From assembly GCA_002339345.1 (NCBI GenBank), contig DDKM01000069.1, positions 21,973-85,972 of the forward strand: a stretch of 64,000 nucleotides of DNA, given 5' to 3'. The position numbers were made by a program, and so were the translations under genes. The notes beneath the pieces are model-generated. The model saw nothing but the letters and a program-made list of their open reading frames with translations. It did not search any database and was not told the origin of the DNA. How positions within the stretch are numbered: position 1 is the first letter of the stretch; the number at the start of each line of letters is the position of its first letter. This DNA is from Firmicutes bacterium UBA2598. Its GTDB lineage: Bacteria > Bacillota > PH28-bin88. Shown in pieces: positions 56,384-64,000 of the stretch.

Positions 56384-57514
56384 TTAAACGGCAGGGTTGG
56401 TACCGGGTTCTCCCAGGATATCCTGGAGTTCCACCATTTCATCCGCCTCGTGGCGCACCCATGGACGGAGCAAGCTGGCCAGGATTCTCTTTCCCCGGGC
56501 TAGGCGCTGTGGGCACAAACAGTTCAGAAACAAGCGGTCCCCGATCATCACCAGCGTGCCTCCGATGGCATAGTCCTTGCTGCTGGATTGCCAGCCGTGC
56601 TGTTTACCCCTGCCAAAAACCCAATCATAAACAACGGCTGCCAGTCCGGCGCTCTGCTCCACCGGACGCCTGGCCTTGACGAATATGTCCGCATGGTCTA
56701 AGATCCTTTGGGCTTCCTGCAGCTCAGATATCCGGAACCTGGCCCGGCAGGGGTTGACCGGATCTCCCTCGGAGGTTACCAACACCTGGGGCACGGAACA
56801 ATTTATTACCTCCCTAATCCAATTCTCCCGGCGGTGGGAATATCCTTTCATAAAGGAATTCCAGCCAGCCGTACAATCTGCAAAACCAGCCGCAGCCCGT
56901 TCCCGGTGAAGGATTTTCAATAATTCCGGCTTAAAATGGGCAGGTAGGCAAACACCGCCAGGTGAAAGCCAATGGTACTGTTCCAAGGGCAACAGCCTGG
57001 CTAGCAACAGCAACCCCGTCTGCAGTATAAGTTCCTTGGAACGGCGCACCACCCTGGACATCCCGGACAGGAGATCTGTCATGGTTATTGCCTCTCCGGC
57101 CACCGCTGACACCTGGTAAAGGGAAAGGCTTGTTTCCGGCCACAAGTGAATGAGCTGTCGTTGCCAGTAATCCAGCTCACTGAGGTTTTCCTGTTGAAAG
57201 ATGGCGGCCAGACAACGTCCGCCATCAGGCATAAAATCAAAGAGAAACCAGTCCAAAAAGGACTCCAGGTCTTCCAACCCAAGGCCGTCACCCGCCCCAG
57301 TTCCTTGCCAGAAGACCATCATAGCCCTTTTCATCTGGTGCTCCCACCTGGGGGAAATGACGAAGTCCGCCATCCGTCCCATCAGGGATCTGGCCGCCAC
57401 TTCCCAGCGGCGGGAAACCAGGTCATAAACCATGGCTCCCCAATTCCCGCAACAGGCGGGATACTCCCTACCGCTGCCACAACCGCAAAACTGACTGCCT
57501 TCCAACCCTTCCAT
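56384..57514 (-). CDS. Hypothetical protein with an N-terminal SEC-C-type metal-binding motif
   Basis: 376 aa with an AGGGGTGGA RBS. The N-terminus contains CGCGSGREYPACCG (SEC-C-like CxC...CC). I do not recognise the rest. Confidence 0.7.
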   Translation of the reverse strand: MEGLEGSQFCGCGSGREYPACCGNWGAMVYDLVSRRWEVAARSLMGRMADFVISPRWEHQMKRAMMVFWQGTGAGDGLGLEDLESFLDWFLFDFMPDGGRCLAAIFQQENLSELDYWQRQLIHLWPETSLSLYQVSAVAGEAITMTDLLSGMSRVVRRSKELILQTGLLLLARLLPLEQYHWLSPGGVCLPAHFKPELLKILHRERAAAGFADCTAGWNSFMKGYSHRRENWIREVINCSVPQVLVTSEGDPVNPCRARFRISELQEAQRILDHADIFVKARRPVEQSAGLAAVVYDWVFGRGKQHGWQSSSKDYAIGGTLVMIGDRLFLNCLCPQRLARGKRILASLLRPWVRHEADEMVELQDILGEPGTNPAV

Positions 57515-57691
57515 GTCTGTTCCACCCCTGGCTGGTATTAACTATAGCGCCTTTCTTTTCCACGGAAAAGCGGGGTTTTCCTGCCAGGCGGGAAAAGTAC
57601 CCATATTTCGGCAATACTTATTAGGCTATGGCAGAATGTGACATAAAGCATCACTAAAGCAGGTTGGTGTATACGAAACCGCCAATGGGTC

Positions 57692-59380
57692 TCAATGGTC
57701 GATGGTTTCCGGCCACATTTCTAAACCGCCTTCTAAAAAGGCCACTCTGGTGAAACCCGCTCCCAGCAAGGTGCGGGCGGCTTCATAGCCCCTTAGCCCC
57801 AGTTCACACAGAGTGATGATCTCCTTATCTTGCGGTATTTCCATAAGCCTTGCCCGCAGTTGGTTGGAGGGAATAGCCAGTACCCGCTGGTCCTCGATGC
57901 GGCGTCCAGCTATTTCGCCGGGTTGGCGCAAATCCAGCAATACCAGATCCTCGCCCCGGTCCAGTTTGGCTTTGGCCTCTGCCGGTGTTACCCCTTGCAC
58001 CAGGCCATCCAGTTTATTCCGGAGGGTATTGGTGGCGTGAAGGGCGATGTCCATGGCCGAGGCGAAGGGCGGGGCGTAGGCCAAGTCCAGGTTGGCCAAC
58101 TGGTCGAGGGTACAGCCCATGGCCAGAGCAGTGGCCAACACATCCAGGCGCTTGATGGCATCACCGGCGCCCAGCACCTGAGCGCCCAGCAGGCGGCGGG
58201 AACATGCTTCGGCAATAACCTTGACGATAACCCGGGAACGCATGGGAAAGTAATGGGAAGTATCGGTGGCCGGCACAACAGCGGTAACCACCTGGTAGCC
58301 CAGCGCCTCTGCTTCGACGGTGGACAGGCCGGTCCGGCCAATATTCAGATCAAAGGCCTGCAGAGCGGTAGTGCCCAGCACCCCGGGAAAGCGGCTATCC
58401 CTGCCAGCGATATTGTCCCCCATCACCCGACCGTGTTTGTTGGCGGTTGAAGCCAGGGGCAGGTAAACCTGGTGTCCGGTAACCAGATGCAGGTTTTCCA
58501 CACAGTCGCCACCGGCAAAGATAGCCGGATCACTGGTGCGCAGGCAGGCATCAACGGCGATGGCGCCGGTTGTACCAAGGGCCAGGCCAGCTTCCCTGGC
58601 CAGATGGACATTGGGCCGCACCCCGGCAGCGATAATCACCATGTCGGTGTCAATGGTATCGATGGTGGTCAATACCCGCCGCACCATCCCGCCAGCGTCC
58701 CCTTCCAGTCCCAACACCTGCTGCCCTGTACGTACATCCACCCCCCTTTGTCCCATCTGCCGCTGCAGCAGGTTGGCCAAATCCGGGTCCAAAAGCCTGG
58801 GCAGCACCTGAGGCTGCAGTTCCAGAAGGGTAACCTTCAACCTTTGCCCGGCCAAGGCGTCTGCTACCTCCAGCCCGATTAACCCCGCGCCAATAACGGC
58901 CACCCGTTTGATCTCCTTGGTGCGGATAGCCTGGATCACCCTCGCCACGTCGTGGGGGTGGTGAAAGGAAAAGACCCGCTGTAAATCGGTTCCGGGAATA
59001 GACAGTTCTATAGGCACGGAGCCCGTAGCCAGCACCAGGCGGTCGTATGGCCACACCTGCCGTTTACCTGTTCCCAAATGGGTGGCAATAACCTCCTGGC
59101 GGTTCCGGTCAATACCTTCGGCCAGAACCCCGGTAATCACTGCCACATTTTTTTCCTGGCGGAAAAAGTCTATATCCCGTACCAGGCCGGCAGCAGTGGT
59201 GGTCAATTCTTTCATGGGTACCAAACCGGCCAGATGATAGGGCAGCCCGCAACTGCCATAGGAGATCATGTCTCCCTTTTCCAGGATGGTTATTTCCGCA
59301 TGGGGATCCAGGCGCCGTACCCGGGCAGCGGTTTTTGGGCCGGTGGCCACCCCTCCGATAATTAAAACCCTGGTCTTCAT
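57692..59380 (-). CDS. CoA-disulfide reductase / NADH oxidase family flavoprotein with C-terminal rhodanese domain
   Basis: 562 aa. Contains VLIIGGVATG (FAD), the redox Cys in SYGSCGLPY, a second dinucleotide fold (VAVIGAGLIGLE), and a C-terminal rhodanese with an active-site-like loop (ITLCELGLRG). The ATG overlaps the upstream stop (ATGA). Confidence 0.88.
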   Translation of the reverse strand: MKTRVLIIGGVATGPKTAARVRRLDPHAEITILEKGDMISYGSCGLPYHLAGLVPMKELTTTAAGLVRDIDFFRQEKNVAVITGVLAEGIDRNRQEVIATHLGTGKRQVWPYDRLVLATGSVPIELSIPGTDLQRVFSFHHPHDVARVIQAIRTKEIKRVAVIGAGLIGLEVADALAGQRLKVTLLELQPQVLPRLLDPDLANLLQRQMGQRGVDVRTGQQVLGLEGDAGGMVRRVLTTIDTIDTDMVIIAAGVRPNVHLAREAGLALGTTGAIAVDACLRTSDPAIFAGGDCVENLHLVTGHQVYLPLASTANKHGRVMGDNIAGRDSRFPGVLGTTALQAFDLNIGRTGLSTVEAEALGYQVVTAVVPATDTSHYFPMRSRVIVKVIAEACSRRLLGAQVLGAGDAIKRLDVLATALAMGCTLDQLANLDLAYAPPFASAMDIALHATNTLRNKLDGLVQGVTPAEAKAKLDRGEDLVLLDLRQPGEIAGRRIEDQRVLAIPSNQLRARLMEIPQDKEIITLCELGLRGYEAARTLLGAGFTRVAFLEGGLEMWPETIDH

Positions 59381-60975
59381 GCCAAAAACTCCAAAAAAGG
59401 TTTTTCAATATCCACCAGGGCATTCACCACCAGTTCGACCAACCCGCCGTAATGAATATTAAATTTCTCGGTCGTGTGGTAGAATTCTAAGATGTCCCTG
59501 ATAGCCCCTTTACAGTTGGAACAAGGGGCACAGATGTACTTAGGAGTGCCGGGATCCATGGAACCCTGGAAGGCCTGCAGGATTTGCCTAAACTTCATGC
59601 GGGAACCGACCTGTTTTCTAAACTCGGGGAAATTCATGGATTGCATGATGGCAAACCCGCTCCCGCCACCACAGCAGTAGTTGTTCACTCCATGGGGAGT
59701 CATTTCCCGAAACTGGGGACAGATGGCCTGCAAGATTTGCCTCTGGGGCTTAACCACTCCCATCATCCTGACCACGTTACAAGGGTCATGGAGGGTCACG
59801 GGGAAATTGTTTTTTTGGGGATCTAATTTCAACACCTTCCGGTTTACCATTTCCCACAGAAGAGGCAGGAAGCTTTCCACCGGGATTTTGTCCTCACCCA
59901 CCGTAATCCTGTCCATACTAACCGCGCTTGCCTTGTGGGCATGACCGCATTCACCAATGATAATTCGCCGCACTCCCAACTGTTTCGCCACCTTAAACTG
60001 CTCCTGGGCCACCCTCCTGGCCTGGACGTCATCATACCAAAGACCGTAGTTAACGTTGTCATAGCCAATCATATCACTGCTTAGCGTCCAATCCAAACCT
60101 GCCTCGGTAAAGAGAACAGCAAAGGCGGCGGGATTATCCGGCCAGGTCATGAACTCGCCGGCGTTGTGGGTTAAAAGAATGTCAGCTCCCTTTTTATCCA
60201 CTGGAATTTTAATCTTTTTGCCAGTTTTGGCAAAAATGTCATCTTCCATAAATTCCAGCATATCCAAAAAGGCGGGCTTGGTGAGGCCGGTGGATGAACC
60301 TGTCTTTAACTGGAGCATGGTACCTTTTTCATGTAGTGGTTTGGGAGCAATGCCCATTTCCTGGCTGAAGATCTTTCTGATTTCACGGGCCAGTAAGCCG
60401 TTATCCAGCCCTAATGGGCAGGCTTGGGCACAGCGTCGGCACAGGTTACACCGGTAGGCCAGTTCTCCCAACCTGGCGATTGTCTCCCAATTTATGTCAA
60501 TATCCGCTCCCACCAAGCTGCCCAGCATTTTCCCGCTCTTGGTCAAATGCTTTTTGACGATTTTGCGTAAGACCTCAGACCGGAAAATGGGCCTGTAAAT
60601 CTCCTGACCCCCGCTGGCTTTAAAAATATGGCAGGCCTCGGAACAAGTATTGCACTTGGCACAATATTTAATGGAAAGAACCAGGGGTTGCAAGAAATTC
60701 CGGTTAACATCATCGGAAAAGATTTTTGCCAGGCCACTCAAAAAGCTGTTTACCACTTGCTCCTCTTCTGCCTTTGTCTGCGGCCTGATGAGGGTGTCAA
60801 TCCCCACATACCCATCCAAAGTGGTACAGTGTTTCTCCTTCCAGGCATCTTTGGGAACTGTTAAGGGTGGTTCCATGCCAGGTTGATCATATGGGGCTGG
60901 CAGATCCATCAATTTGCCCAATTGAACCAGCTGTTCCGTCCGTTTGCCCATGTCTTGGGGTTTCAGATTTTTCAT
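59377..60975 (-). CDS. HdrD/DsrK/HmcF-like cytoplasmic Fe-S protein (2x[4Fe-4S] + CCG domain)
   Basis: 532 aa. Contains CAKCNTCSEACH and CNLCRRCAQACP, followed by HDPCNVV...NNYCCGGGSG...CAPCSNC (CCG-type cysteines). Confidence 0.85.
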   Translation of the reverse strand: MKNLKPQDMGKRTEQLVQLGKLMDLPAPYDQPGMEPPLTVPKDAWKEKHCTTLDGYVGIDTLIRPQTKAEEEQVVNSFLSGLAKIFSDDVNRNFLQPLVLSIKYCAKCNTCSEACHIFKASGGQEIYRPIFRSEVLRKIVKKHLTKSGKMLGSLVGADIDINWETIARLGELAYRCNLCRRCAQACPLGLDNGLLAREIRKIFSQEMGIAPKPLHEKGTMLQLKTGSSTGLTKPAFLDMLEFMEDDIFAKTGKKIKIPVDKKGADILLTHNAGEFMTWPDNPAAFAVLFTEAGLDWTLSSDMIGYDNVNYGLWYDDVQARRVAQEQFKVAKQLGVRRIIIGECGHAHKASAVSMDRITVGEDKIPVESFLPLLWEMVNRKVLKLDPQKNNFPVTLHDPCNVVRMMGVVKPQRQILQAICPQFREMTPHGVNNYCCGGGSGFAIMQSMNFPEFRKQVGSRMKFRQILQAFQGSMDPGTPKYICAPCSNCKGAIRDILEFYHTTEKFNIHYGGLVELVVNALVDIEKPFLEFLA

Positions 60976-60998
60976 TGTTCTATCCTCCCTCGGATAGT

Positions 60999-61856
60999 CT
61001 AATTCCCTTTGTTGTTAATGTGGGGAGCCGACCATGAGGTTTTGGGCTGGTAGCTCAAGGCCTTGCGGACACTTGCTTCTATCTTGGCGCCCCGAAGATT
61101 CGGCTCGTTCTCCCACAAAACCTTATGGAAGGTGAAATATTTGCCCACATAATGACTCATCTTGGTAAAAGGAATATAAACGAGAAGGGCTCCCAGCAAA
61201 ATGATGTGTACCGTCAAAACGCCGCCGTGGGTAAAGGGAGTAAAAGTAAACAACCCCTTCATGATCATCCGGCCGTAGTTGAACCCGGGGTCGCCAACCC
61301 AAACCATCATTCCGGTGATCACAACTGCAAAGATAAATAACAGGTTAAAATATTCCTGGGGTGTTGTGTATTTTCTTAACGTGGTATCGGTAAACCTGCG
61401 CAAAATAAGGGCTATTGAGCCCAAGGCGGTAAGCAAGGCCCCGACGGAACCCGATATTAAAGTGGCATAATAGATGAAGGAAGGAAGACCCGATGGCTCT
61501 GTCAGGGCTCCCACCCCCAACAAGATGGTCCACACACCGAGAAAATAGATGCCCAAATGCATGGTATAGGACAGCCACCAGAAAGGCCTCTGGTTTACAA
61601 ACAAGTTCTTGATAAACAGCATCTCTTTGAGCATTTCTTTCAGCTCGCCCACATGGGAGACTTCCCTAGGCTTTGCCCACCATTGGTAGTCCTCAAAATA
61701 GGATCCGCCATATTTGGCCCGTTCCCCTGTTTCCTTGGGCACAGGGTACAGTTCCCACCTGCTGTGCATAGGCATTTTGGCATATTTTAGGGCCTTCCAG
61801 AGGGACACAAAGACAAAAATAAACAAGGAGAAATAGATATAAACAAGCAGGATCAA
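60999..61856 (-). CDS. NarI-like (nitrate reductase gamma / DsrM / HmcE-like) membrane cytochrome b
   Basis: 285 aa with a TTG start and AAGGAGG RBS. It has 5-6 TM helices with conserved His residues. It sits between the NrfD-like and HdrD-like genes. Confidence 0.75.
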   Translation of the reverse strand: MILLVYIYFSLFIFVFVSLWKALKYAKMPMHSRWELYPVPKETGERAKYGGSYFEDYQWWAKPREVSHVGELKEMLKEMLFIKNLFVNQRPFWWLSYTMHLGIYFLGVWTILLGVGALTEPSGLPSFIYYATLISGSVGALLTALGSIALILRRFTDTTLRKYTTPQEYFNLLFIFAVVITGMMVWVGDPGFNYGRMIMKGLFTFTPFTHGGVLTVHIILLGALLVYIPFTKMSHYVGKYFTFHKVLWENEPNLRGAKIEASVRKALSYQPKTSWSAPHINNKGN

Positions 61857-61873
61857 TTTATCCAGCCTCCTTC

Positions 61874-63031
61874 TTACCTGGCTGTTTCCTCTTTAACGCT
61901 TACGGCTATCTTGTAAAGGACAGTAAGAATCAGCCCCCCAATGGCCCAAATACCAAGGGTGATTAACACCTCCGGCAGGGTAGGCACATATTCCACCACC
62001 TTTTTAAAGGCATTGGGAACAAACCCGGCGATCACCAAACCCAGGCCCTTTTCAATCCACAGGGAGACAAACACCGCCACACACGCTATGGTCAGCGTTC
62101 TTTCATTGGTACGGGTTTTCGGGTTAAGCAAAAGCACCAGGGCTATTATTGCCAGTAGTGTAAAAGTCCACATGAAGGGAACCAGGTTGCCTTGTCCGTA
62201 CAGGCCAACAAATAGGTACTGCAAACTGTACATGTGCCCCGGTACCTGGCTGTAAAAGGCTGTGAACAGTTCCAGCCCCACGAAGAACACGCTGACAGCC
62301 ATGGCATAGGTAACGATGGACGCCAGTTTACCAATGGCCTCTTCCCCGGCGTCAAACTTGCTGATCCGCTTCATCACCAAGCAAAGGATTATCAATAAAG
62401 CCGGGCCGGCGGCAAAGGCGGAAGCCAGGAAGCGGGCGGCCAGGATGGCGGTCATCCACAAGTGCTTACCGGGAAGGCCGGCATACAGGAAGGCGGTAAC
62501 GGTGTGGATGCTCACCGCCCAGGGGATGGAGACGTAAATCAGGGTCTTGACCCACTTGGGCGGTACAACGCCTTTACGCTCCGCTTCCAGCACGTTCCAC
62601 CCGATCAGGATATTCAATAAGAGATAGCCGTTTAATACGACCATATCCCAGAACAGGATAGAGTTAGGGGTCGGATACAGAAGCACGTTAAACAGCCTAG
62701 TTGGTTTTCCCAGGTCAACGATAATGAAAAGCAAACACATGGTAACAGCGGCAACCGCCAAAAACTCGCCGAAGATGGTAATCCTGCCGAAGGACTTGAC
62801 ATTGTGCAGGTAATAGGGTAGAACCACCATCACGGCGGAGGCCGCCACCCCCACCAGAAAGGTAAACTGGGCGATGTAAAGGCCCCAGGAGACGTCCCTA
62901 CTCATACCGGTGACGGTCAATCCCTGCTGCAGTTGGGCCAGGTAGTACATAAACCCGATTCCAAACAGGGCGACAAGCAGCGCGACCCACTGCCCATATC
63001 CTTTACTGCCCCTCAAAGCCTTTGCCAGCAT
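61874..63031 (-). CDS. NrfD/PsrC-family integral membrane protein (DsrP/HmcC-like)
   Basis: 385 aa with about 10 TM segments. The N-terminal region [17 protein letters not shown] is typical of the NrfD family. Confidence 0.85.
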   Translation of the reverse strand: MLAKALRGSKGYGQWVALLVALFGIGFMYYLAQLQQGLTVTGMSRDVSWGLYIAQFTFLVGVAASAVMVVLPYYLHNVKSFGRITIFGEFLAVAAVTMCLLFIIVDLGKPTRLFNVLLYPTPNSILFWDMVVLNGYLLLNILIGWNVLEAERKGVVPPKWVKTLIYVSIPWAVSIHTVTAFLYAGLPGKHLWMTAILAARFLASAFAAGPALLIILCLVMKRISKFDAGEEAIGKLASIVTYAMAVSVFFVGLELFTAFYSQVPGHMYSLQYLFVGLYGQGNLVPFMWTFTLLAIIALVLLLNPKTRTNERTLTIACVAVFVSLWIEKGLGLVIAGFVPNAFKKVVEYVPTLPEVLITLGIWAIGGLILTVLYKIAVSVKEETAR

Positions 63032-63043
63032 AACTACCCCTCC

Positions 63044-63820
63044 TCACGACACGATGTAATAGATTTTGGGTTTTGTGCCTAGATCGGGTTTGCGCTGTAT
63101 GGTGTAACGGGCACGCAGCACCTTTCTTACCGCGGACTCGGGGTCATCCAGATCGCCGAAAACTAAGGCATTGTGTTTACATGCTTCCACACAGGCTGGG
63201 ACCAACCCGGCAGCCAGCCTCTCTTCACACAGGTTGCACTTTTCCACCACCCCTTTTTCCCGGGTGGGGAAAGCGCCATTCACTTCCTTGATGAAAGGCC
63301 TGGGGTCCCTGAAGTTAAAGCTTCTGGCGCCAAATGGGCAGGCAGCCATGCAGTAGCGGCAGCCGATACACCGGTGATAGTCCATCATGATTATACCGTC
63401 CGACCGCTTGTAGGTGGCCTTGGTGGGGCATACCCGCACACAGGACGGATTGGCGCAATGGTTGCAGAATACCAGCACCGGCTTGCCCTTGACACTTTCC
63501 GCAAGATAGGCGTGTTTTTGTTCGGGAAAGGTGTTTTCAAAGGGTTCGGTCCACACCCACTTGATCTCTTCCTTGACAGAGCCGATGTCAGGTACGTTGT
63601 GGGTCTGGTGACAGGCCAGAATACAGTCGGTACAGTCGGGTTCCCCTTCTTCCCAGCACTTCTGCATATCCACTACCATGGCCCACTGTTTACCGGGCAG
63701 GGCTTCCGGGTTGGCAGCATACTTGGTCTGGTTGCTGCCGGCGAACACCCGGGCTACCGGGAGGGCTCCCAAACCCAAGGCACAGAACCCGCCGATCTTG
63801 ATAAAACTCCTCCTCTGCAT
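63044..63820 (-). CDS. Tat-exported 4x[4Fe-4S] ferredoxin-like protein (DsrO/HmcB/NrfC-like)
   Basis: 258 aa with a twin-arginine signal (MQRRSFIKIGGFCALGLGALPVARVFA). It has multiple CxxCxxCxxxC(P) clusters (CNHCANPSCVRVCP, CIGCRYCMAACP, CNLCEERL...). Confidence 0.88.
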   Translation of the reverse strand: MQRRSFIKIGGFCALGLGALPVARVFAGSNQTKYAANPEALPGKQWAMVVDMQKCWEEGEPDCTDCILACHQTHNVPDIGSVKEEIKWVWTEPFENTFPEQKHAYLAESVKGKPVLVFCNHCANPSCVRVCPTKATYKRSDGIIMMDYHRCIGCRYCMAACPFGARSFNFRDPRPFIKEVNGAFPTREKGVVEKCNLCEERLAAGLVPACVEACKHNALVFGDLDDPESAVRKVLRARYTIQRKPDLGTKPKIYYIVS

Positions 63821-63824
63821 GTTA

Positions 63825-64000
63825 TCACCTACCCTCCTTCGGTTGGATGTGGCACGTCCAGCAGTCGGGTTTTACCCCCACGTAACTGTGGCAGCTGTTG
63901 CAGAACTGGACCTGGCTTAGCTGGTTGCTGGTTGTCTTGACCTGTTTCGGCGGTATGTTGGCATGGCAATCCAAACAGGTATTCTGCAGGCTCATTTCAT
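63825..64000 (-). CDS. Multihaem c-type cytochrome, C-terminal fragment (rest lies beyond the window)
   Basis: Not in the ORF track because it is short and truncated. The reverse-complement frame reads ...LQNTCLDCHANIPPKQVKTTSNQLSQVQFCNSCHSYVGVKPDCWTCHIQPKEGR*. That gives three CxxCH haem-binding motifs in 58 aa. The stop is at 63825-63827, 5 nt before the next ATG. Confidence 0.8.
   Translation of the reverse strand, partial: EMSLQNTCLDCHANIPPKQVKTTSNQLSQVQFCNSCHSYVGVKPDCWTCHIQPKEGR

Noticed and set aside
57515-57691. Small GGAAAA/TTTTCC hairpins between the CoADR-rhodanese gene and the SEC-C gene, considered as a terminator
   Set aside because: The stems are only 6-7 bp, with very small loops and no following U-tract on the minus strand. 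That is not enough to call a terminator.
1-64000. CRISPR arrays, tRNA or rRNA genes, intact IS elements or prophage genes, and in-frame TGA (selenocysteine) in the redox proteins
   Set aside because: I saw no spaced direct-repeat arrays, no cloverleaf-like or rRNA-like segments in the few non-coding gaps, and no transposase, integrase or phage ORFs. The Hdr/Hmc-like ORFs are uninterrupted.

Overview
This window looks like a moderately GC-rich, spore-forming Firmicute, Clostridia/Peptococcaceae-like; that assignment is inferred from gene content only. It is almost entirely coding, mostly on the minus strand.

Gene order from left to right:
- A partial giant IPT/TIG-repeat surface protein. It is absent from the supplied ORF track because it runs off the window edge.
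- Late flagellar and chemotaxis genes: flgL-flgK-flgN-flgM and cheB-cheA-cheW.
- A PBP5-type DD-carboxypeptidase, then thyX.
- A c-di-GMP-I (GEMM-I) riboswitch with its own terminator in front of a DUF342/FapA gene.
- The rmlD-B-C-A operon.
- A promoter, a (GAG)n TRAP-type attenuator and trpE-G-D-C-F-B-A.
- A decayed group IIC intron sitting next to a terminator hairpin.
- A Cys-rich protein and a BNR/coiled-coil protein, followed by CAP and LysM-BsuPI proteins (sporulation-type set).
- cstA with a LytS/LytTR two-component pair.
- cobB-dinB-yigZ, a hydrolase, and cysK-dedA-arsR.
- yhaM-addB-addA, rlmI, a ferredoxin and an AEC permease.
- dctPQM with a glcD/glcF-like dehydrogenase and a divergent GntR regulator.
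- An N-terminal SEC-C motif protein.
- An Hmc/Dsr-like membrane redox module (cytochrome c, Tat FeS protein, NrfD-like, NarI-like, HdrD-like) translationally coupled to a CoA-disulfide-reductase-rhodanese gene.

I saw no rRNA, tRNA or CRISPR array. Many long ORFs in the track are antisense shadows of real genes.
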